Origin: Candidatus Eiseniibacteriota bacterium
GTDB lineage: Bacteria > Eisenbacteria > RBG-16-71-46 > CAIMUX01 > WJJG01
Length of the DNA: 44,656 nt
NCBI GenBank assembly: GCA_030601305.1
Contig: JAUVTV010000002.1
Coordinates: forward strand, 1 to 44,656
Reading direction: 5' to 3'
The notes beneath the pieces are model-generated. The model was not told where the DNA came from. It did no database searches and worked only from the letters and a program-made list of their open reading frames with translations. This document shows, piece after piece, positions 39,178-44,656 of this stretch. The translations under genes and the position numbers were made by a program. Position 1 is the first letter of the stretch, and every line of letters starts with the position of its first letter.

Positions 39178-39938
39178 CCGGGCCCCCAGGCCGGCGCCTG
39201 CGGCCCCGCCGCGGAGACCACCGAGACCAGGTACAGGCCGCTTGCGCGAGCGACCCGTTCCCCCCGCCGTTCCGGGGATTGCAGGGCCGCAGCGAAGGTG
39301 TCCGGGTCCTCGCCCCCTCCTCCGATCTCGAGGCAGCGGCCCACGATGCAGCGCACCATGCGGTACAGGAAGCGCACGGCCCCAATACGAAAGACCAGGC
39401 CTCGTTCCCACGGTTCCCAGCGTGCGTAGAAAACGTGAGACCGGGTGCCCTCCTCGTCGGGTGTGCGGCAACTGAACGCGGCGAAGTCGTGCTCCCCGAC
39501 CAGGTAAGCCGCCGCCCTGTTCATCGGCTCAATCTCGGGGAACCGCCGCGGGCGCACCGCACGTCCGGCCCACAGCGCCGAGGGTCCGCGCATCAGGAAA
39601 TACGCGTAGTGTCGCCCGCGGGCGCTGTGACGGGCGTGGAAGTCGGGACCGACCTCCGCGGCCTCCGTCACGGCGACATCCCTGCCGGTGAGCGCGTTCG
39701 CGCCACGGACGATTCGTTCGAGGCCCAGTCCCGAGGTCGACCGAAAGTTCGCCACCTGTCCCAGGGCATGGACGCCGCTGTCGGTGCGGCCGGCCGCGGA
39801 CAGCGTGACCGGATGCCGCAGGACGGTCGCGAGGGCCTGCTCCAGGTCGCCCTGCACGGTTCGCTGATCGGGCTGCTTCTGCCAGCCGCAGAAGCGCGTC
39901 CCGTCGTACTCGACGGTCAGCTTGATGTTGCGCGCCAT
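39150..39938 (-). CDS. truA: tRNA pseudouridine(38-40) synthase
   Basis: YDGTRFCGWQ, AGRTDSGVHA, FHAR, GEHDFAAF, FLYRMVR, GLYL. Confidence 0.96.
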   Translation of the reverse strand: MARNIKLTVEYDGTRFCGWQKQPDQRTVQGDLEQALATVLRHPVTLSAAGRTDSGVHALGQVANFRSTSGLGLERIVRGANALTGRDVAVTEAAEVGPDFHARHSARGRHYAYFLMRGPSALWAGRAVRPRRFPEIEPMNRAAAYLVGEHDFAAFSCRTPDEEGTRSHVFYARWEPWERGLVFRIGAVRFLYRMVRCIVGRCLEIGGGGEDPDTFAAALQSPERRGERVARASGLYLVSVVSAAGPQAPAWGPGCLPPRRVV

Positions 39939-40576
39939 GGACTCGTTCCGCTCATCTGCAGTTCCGACCGCGAGCGGCACAGCGCCAGCATGAGGAAATA
40001 GCGCTGACCGGGCCGCCAGAGCTCGATCGTCACACCCTTCTGTCCGAAGAGGGTGACCTCGAAGCGCGGCTTGAGCATCGCTTCCAGCTCCGCACGATTC
40101 AGCTGGAAGAAGTGAAACGGCTGGGAAGAGGGCACCGCGCGCCCCCTTCCCAAGGGTGTCGATACCAGAAGTCGCCCCCCCGGCGCCAGACAATGATCCA
40201 GACGGCGCAGCAGGAGCTCGGGCTGCGGAAGATGCTCGAGCACCTCCAGACAGGCGATTCCGTCAAAGAGACCGAGGCGCGCGAGCGCGGGTGCCAGCAG
40301 ATCCCCCCGCAGATGACGCACGTTCGGGGCCGCGTAGAAGCGCTTCCCCCAGCGGATCGCCCGCATGTCGCGATCGACGGCCACCACCTCGCGGATCTCC
40401 GGCTGCGCGGCGAGCATCAGCGCGCCGTAGCCGGTGCCGCTGCCGGCATCCAGCACGCGGCCGCGCAAGAGCTCTCCGGCCAGCACGTAGCGCGCCACGT
40501 GCTCGCGGAGCAATCCGTTGGAGGCCGGCAGGCGCATCGGCTCGATGCGCTCGATGGTCCAGGGATCTCGCGGCAT
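39917..40576 (-). CDS. class I SAM-dependent methyltransferase
   Basis: EHVARY, VLDAGSGTGYG, VAVD, FD..CLEVLEH, LAPGG.LLVSTP. Confidence 0.88.
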   Translation of the reverse strand: MPRDPWTIERIEPMRLPASNGLLREHVARYVLAGELLRGRVLDAGSGTGYGALMLAAQPEIREVVAVDRDMRAIRWGKRFYAAPNVRHLRGDLLAPALARLGLFDGIACLEVLEHLPQPELLLRRLDHCLAPGGRLLVSTPLGRGRAVPSSQPFHFFQLNRAELEAMLKPRFEVTLFGQKGVTIELWRPGQRYFLMLALCRSRSELQMSGTSPWRATSS

Positions 40577-40594
40577 CTTGCCCGCCTCGTCGAG

Positions 40595-41833
40595 TTACGA
40601 TGCGGCCAGCGAACGCAGCAGGTAGCCCTTCAGGTATTCGCCCTGCGGGTGATCCAGGTGGACCGGATGATCCGGCCCCGCCCCGAGTCGCTGGAGCCAT
40701 TGGAGCGACACCTGGGCGTCGAGCGAGGCCCCGAAGACGATCTTCTGGAACAGGTCCGCTCCGACGTGCTGCGAGCAGGAGAACGTGGCGAGATAGCCGC
40801 CCGGAGCCAGTCGCTTCATCGCCCACAGGTTGATGTCCTTGTAGGCCCGTGCGGCGCGCGCCACGTGGGTATGTTGCTTGGCGAAGGCCGGCGGGTCCAG
40901 GACGATGACATCGAAGCGTTCCTCGACCGCGCGCAGGTAATCGCCGGCCCGTTCCCGAACCACCCGCAGGCCCTTCCCCGGGAGACCGTTGAGATTCCAG
41001 TTCTCTTGGGCCAAGGCCAGCGCCGGCGCGGACGTCTCCACACAGGTCACCTCTCGCGCCCCGCGCGCCCCCGCCCACACCGCGAAGGCCCCCGTGTAGG
41101 CGAAGGCGTTCAGCATCCGCCCATCGCGGGAGAGCGCTGCGATACGACTGCGGTTCTCGCGCTGATCGAGATAGAACCCGGTCTTCTGTCCTGCCGCCAG
41201 ATCCACGCGGAAGCGCAGGCCACCCTCGCGCACCTCGACGGGCCCGGCCGGCGCATGGCCGTGCAGCGTGCCGTCTTTGCGCACCAGGTTGGCGTCACTG
41301 CGCGCCCGCTGGCTCCGGTCCAGGATGGAGTGACCGGGGAAGACCGCCTGCAAGGCCGCGAGCCAGAGCGCATCCAGACGCGACATGCCGAGGGCCGTGC
41401 ACTGGACGACGAGGGCGTCCGCATAGCGATCGATGATCAGACCGGGCAGTCCGTCGCCCTCGGCGTTCAGCAGACGATAGGCATTCGTATCTCGCGGCAC
41501 GACGCGCTCGCGCAGCGCGCCGGCACGACGCAGGGCGCCGGCAAACCAATCCACATCGATGGGACCCGCATCCCAGCGCAACATGCGCAGGGCGAGTTGC
41601 GCTCCCGGGTTGACGATCGCGACGCCCAGCTGCCGCCCGTCGGCGCCATGCACCGCACCCAAGCCGCCCGGCCTGGCCGTGTCCCGCTCTTCCAGTCGCT
41701 CGATCGCCCCCGCGAAAACCCAGGGATGCCGGCGCAGCACCGAGCGCTCACGCCCTGGACGCAGGTGGACCACGTAGTCGATCTTACGGGCGGCGGTTCC
41801 ATCCGAAAGCGCGTTGTTCTCAGACATCTTCAT
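40595..41833 (-). CDS. rlmI: RlmI/RlmK-type rRNA methyltransferase (PUA + MTase)
   Basis: RHPWVF, EGDGLPGLIIDRY, GQKTGFYLDQR, FAYTG, DVIVLDPPAF, SCS, EYLK. ATG overlaps the lnt stop. Confidence 0.92.
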   Translation of the reverse strand: MKMSENNALSDGTAARKIDYVVHLRPGRERSVLRRHPWVFAGAIERLEERDTARPGGLGAVHGADGRQLGVAIVNPGAQLALRMLRWDAGPIDVDWFAGALRRAGALRERVVPRDTNAYRLLNAEGDGLPGLIIDRYADALVVQCTALGMSRLDALWLAALQAVFPGHSILDRSQRARSDANLVRKDGTLHGHAPAGPVEVREGGLRFRVDLAAGQKTGFYLDQRENRSRIAALSRDGRMLNAFAYTGAFAVWAGARGAREVTCVETSAPALALAQENWNLNGLPGKGLRVVRERAGDYLRAVEERFDVIVLDPPAFAKQHTHVARAARAYKDINLWAMKRLAPGGYLATFSCSQHVGADLFQKIVFGASLDAQVSLQWLQRLGAGPDHPVHLDHPQGEYLKGYLLRSLAAS

Positions 41834-43464
41834 TCCTCGTTGGCCGGGTCTTTTCCCGGTCGTTTGCGGAAACCCAGTTTCCGTACACCCCCCCACAGAA
41901 CGGCAAGCAGGAGCGCGACGGTGAGCCACCGGATCTCCCAGTCGGGGTGACGCGCGGCGAAGCTTCCGCTTCCCAGCGGCACGGTGGCGACGAAGCTTTC
42001 GCGCGCAAAGAGGCTCGTCTCGTGGAACACGCGGCCCCATGGGTCGACGACGAAGCTGATCCCCGTATTCGCGCAGCGCACCAGGCTCACGCGATTCTCG
42101 ACGGCGCGCAAGACGGACATGTCCGCGTGCTGTGCGGGCCCGGCGCTGCGCCCGAACCAGAAGTCGTTGGTCAGAAGCACCAACAGGTCGGCGCCGGCGC
42201 GGACGAAATCGCGCGCGAGATCGGGGAACGCCGACTCGAAACAGATCAGGCAACCGATGCGTGCCCCGCCGGCCTCGAGGATCACCGGCCCTTCCCCGGG
42301 ATAGAAGTTGGACTGACCGAAATCGATCTTGCCCAGCCAGGGCGCGATTTTCTGCAGCGGCATGCGTTCGCTGAACGGCACGAGGCGCATCTTGCGTTGC
42401 ACCGGCGACTGCCTTCCCCCCGGGTACAGGATCAACGCCGAGTTGTGCGCCACCCAGGTGCGCTCCTCGTTCGAGAGAACCCAGTAGGCCTCCTGCGTGC
42501 CCACGAGGAACGGTGTCTCGAGCGAGTCGACCATGGCCTCCACGCGGGGCAGCACGCCCCGATCGCTCAGCAGGCGCAGCGGGAAGACGGTCTCGGGCCA
42601 GATGAAGAGATCAAACCCACCCCCGTCCGCCGCCTGGCGGGCCGCATCCTCCCCGTGGGCGAGAACCGTGCGAATGACCTCTTCACGCCGGTGCCGCTTC
42701 CACTTGATCCTGCGCCGGATGTCCGGCTGTACGACGAGGGTGCGGATCGTCTCTTGGCCGGGTTCGAGCTCGCCCGGGCGATGCCGGGCGAGCACCCCCT
42801 CACCGTAGATCCAGAGCCCGGCGACGAGCAGGGCGGCCGCGGCGAGCAGCGGGCCCTTGCTGCGCAAACCCGCGACGACAAGTCCGTTGACGAGCAGAAC
42901 GACGAAGACGAGCCCCCAGAAACCCCAGAAGGGCGTCGTCTGGAGCAGTGGCGGCACGGGTGCCAGCGCGAAGGCGGCCGTGCCCCACGGAAAGCCCAGC
43001 GGCCCGAGGGAGCGCAGCCACTCGACGAGGGCGGTGACGAGCGGCAGGAGGAGCACCCCGTCCAGGCGGCTCCACCGGGCGAGCAGCGTCGCGAAGAGAA
43101 GCGCGGCACCGAAAAAGATCCCCAGATAGAGGCCGATCAGCAGCAAGGAGGGGATCATGAGGCCCGGGATGGTGACCTCCTCGTTGGACAGCGCGAGCAG
43201 CCAGTGGAGCATGGCGGGGAAGGCCACGAAGCCCATCAGCCACCCGCGCAGGAAGATCTGCCGCCATCCGGCTCGCTGCCCTCCGTCCCGCAGATCCCCA
43301 TCGATGGACAGCCAGAGGGGCACCCAGGCGACGAAGACGAGCGGCCACAGTCGCCAGGGCGGGAAGGCCAGGGCGAGCAGGAGGCCGCTCAGGACCGAGG
43401 CCAGCAGCCGGTAGCGCCGGCCGCGCGGGCCGCGACCCTCACCACCGCCAGAGGTCAGGGGCAT
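41830..43464 (-). CDS. lnt: apolipoprotein N-acyltransferase
   Basis: Multi-TM N-terminus (LAFPP, GFPW), VQP, WPET, K.RLVPFSE, ICFES, TNDFWFG, RCANTGIS. Start provisional. Confidence 0.95.
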   Translation of the reverse strand: MPLTSGGGEGRGPRGRRYRLLASVLSGLLLALAFPPWRLWPLVFVAWVPLWLSIDGDLRDGGQRAGWRQIFLRGWLMGFVAFPAMLHWLLALSNEEVTIPGLMIPSLLLIGLYLGIFFGAALLFATLLARWSRLDGVLLLPLVTALVEWLRSLGPLGFPWGTAAFALAPVPPLLQTTPFWGFWGLVFVVLLVNGLVVAGLRSKGPLLAAAALLVAGLWIYGEGVLARHRPGELEPGQETIRTLVVQPDIRRRIKWKRHRREEVIRTVLAHGEDAARQAADGGGFDLFIWPETVFPLRLLSDRGVLPRVEAMVDSLETPFLVGTQEAYWVLSNEERTWVAHNSALILYPGGRQSPVQRKMRLVPFSERMPLQKIAPWLGKIDFGQSNFYPGEGPVILEAGGARIGCLICFESAFPDLARDFVRAGADLLVLLTNDFWFGRSAGPAQHADMSVLRAVENRVSLVRCANTGISFVVDPWGRVFHETSLFARESFVATVPLGSGSFAARHPDWEIRWLTVALLLAVLWGGVRKLGFRKRPGKDPANEE

Positions 43465-43493
43465 TGACGCACGGGCCTCCCTGCTGGTAACCT
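43464..43493 (+). promoter_or_regulatory. candidate sigma70 promoter for rpsT
   Basis: TTGACG-18 nt-TAACCT with extended TG. Confidence 0.55.
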
Positions 43494-43579
43494 GATTGGC
43501 CTGTTTGTCGTCGCCGATCTTCGGGCCGCTTGCGGTCCACATCCTCGACGGGCGACGGAGCGAAAGGAGCGAAGGAAGC

Positions 43580-43846
43580 ATGCCACAGCACAAGTCCGCG
43601 GGGAAGAGAATGCGCACCAGCGCCAAGCAGCGCGAGCGCAATCGAGCGGTGAGATCCCATGTGCGCGCCGCGATCCGGCGTTATCGTGAAGCGGCGCCGG
43701 CCGAGAAGGAAGCGCTGCTCCCCGAGACCACCTCCCTCATCGACAATGCGGTCCGCAAAGGTGTCTTGAAGGAGAACACCGCCAACCGCACGAAGTCGCG
43801 TCTGGTCAAGCTGCTCCAGAGGCAGCAGGCCGCACCTCAGGGGTAG
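43580..43846 (+). CDS. rpsT: 30S ribosomal protein S20
   Basis: MPQHKSAGKRMR..RN, IDNAVRKGVLKENTANRTKSRL; purine-rich RBS. Confidence 0.95.
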   Translation: MPQHKSAGKRMRTSAKQRERNRAVRSHVRAAIRRYREAAPAEKEALLPETTSLIDNAVRKGVLKENTANRTKSRLVKLLQRQQAAPQG

Positions 43847-43910
43847 AGGCCCGGATGACTTCTGCCACGGGCCTCTAGAGGCCCGGATGACTCTTGTCAG
43901 GGGCCTCTAG
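43844..43910. repeat. two tandem CTAG-bounded palindromic units (32-nt period); probable bidirectional terminator
   Basis: TAGAGGCCCG..CGGGCCTCTA followed by CTAGAGGCCC..GGGCCTCTAG, sharing CTAG at 43875-43878; between convergent rpsT and dapF. Confidence 0.85.
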
Positions 43911-44656
43911 GCTCGGTTCCAGATTGCCACGGAAGACGCGTTGCGCGGGGCCCCGGAGCACCCATCCGGTGGCCCTTTGCTCTACCGTCAGGAGCGCCCC
44001 TCCTCGCGTGCGCAGGCTGATCGTCTCGAACGAGCCCTCCGCGCTGGTCACCGTGAGGGCCGCGGCGGCCGCGAGAGCCCCCGACCCGCACGCGAGCGTC
44101 TCCGCATCCACGCCCCGTTCCCACGTCCGAATGTTCGCGACCCCGACCTCATCCCGCCACATCAGCGTCACGTTCGTGCCCTCGGGGAGGAACCGCGCGT
44201 GGGCGCGGAGCGCGGGGGCTTTGCGGATGAGCGATTCGGCAGGTGTGCCCCGGAGGAGGAGGACCAGATGGGGCACACCGATGTCGATCCGGGTGGCTTC
44301 CACCCCCCCCACGCTCTCCAGGCCTAGGTCGCTCAACAGCTCGGCCGAGGATCCGTCTCTTTCGACGACCCGCGGCGGCGGAACCTCGACGGCGACCTCG
44401 GCGGCCTCGCGCCAGCCGCGCGCCGGCACCGCTCCCAAGCGGAAGTCGACGTGCGTCGCGTCGCTCCCGGCAAGCAGATAGGCGGCGACGCACCGCGCCC
44501 CGTTGCCGCAGAAGGCCGCCGCGCTGCCATCGGCGTTCCAGTGGCGGGCGCCGGCCTCCGAAATCACGAGCAGCCCATCGGCGCCCACCGAGAGACGCCG
44601 GCCGCAGAGCGTGCGCCCCAGCGCGGCACGGTCCGCGCCCCGCGGCAGTGCGTGGC
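43875..44656 (-). CDS. dapF: diaminopimelate epimerase (5' end outside window)
   Basis: VGADG, NADGS..FCGNGARC, GVPH, GTNV, RTWERGV..ETLACGSG, GPA; frame open to the window edge. Confidence 0.94.
   Translation of the reverse strand, partial: HALPRGADRAALGRTLCGRRLSVGADGLLVISEAGARHWNADGSAAAFCGNGARCVAAYLLAGSDATHVDFRLGAVPARGWREAAEVAVEVPPPRVVERDGSSAELLSDLGLESVGGVEATRIDIGVPHLVLLLRGTPAESLIRKAPALRAHARFLPEGTNVTLMWRDEVGVANIRTWERGVDAETLACGSGALAAAAALTVTSAEGSFETISLRTRGGALLTVEQRATGWVLRGPAQRVFRGNLEPSLEAPDKSHPGL

Noticed and set aside
43844-43910. Possible mini-CRISPR array
   Set aside because: Only two abutting units, no spacer and no cas genes.

Overview
GC-rich core-genome segment from a diderm (LPS-producing) bacterium. 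The LpxC-FabZ fusion and the lol-mcsAB-clpC-bamA-lpx gene order suggest an FCB-associated lineage such as Gemmatimonadota, Eisenbacteria or Latescibacterota (inference, not determined). About 42 CDSs and 3 tRNAs (two Pro, one Gly); all lie on the minus strand except one lipoprotein gene and rpsT, and many are translationally coupled. Blocks in transcription order: dapF (partial); rpsT; lnt-rlmI-SAM methyltransferase-truA; tal-htrA-purB-lolC/E-lolD-mcsA-mcsB-clpC-bamA-skp-lpxD-lpxC/fabZ-lpxA-gnnA-like-lpxB-DUF374-waaA-lpxK; inverted lipoprotein plus a MITE-like hairpin; nadB-Minf_1886-like-GT9-orphan-mutL-miaA-tRNA-Gly; DUF512 radical SAM-der-plsY-gpsA-MerR-tRNA-Pro; surE-pcm-COG2426-tRNA-Pro-RpoS-like sigma-apt. 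I saw no CRISPR array, transposase, integrase, prophage or defence system. Best leads: (1) an arginine kinase/ClpC module without ctsR inside the outer-membrane biogenesis operon; (2) a GnnA-like enzyme hinting at diamino-glucose lipid A, with GnnB and LpxH/I/G absent from the window; (3) a 162-bp MITE-like element and a CTAG-bounded palindromic repeat at both convergent gene junctions, overlapping stop codons; (4) an RpoS-like sigma with altered region 2.4 and a MutL with Cys-to-Asp in a Zn motif; (5) an orphan 372-aa gene coupled to mutL. Start codons were adjusted by eye and are provisional.
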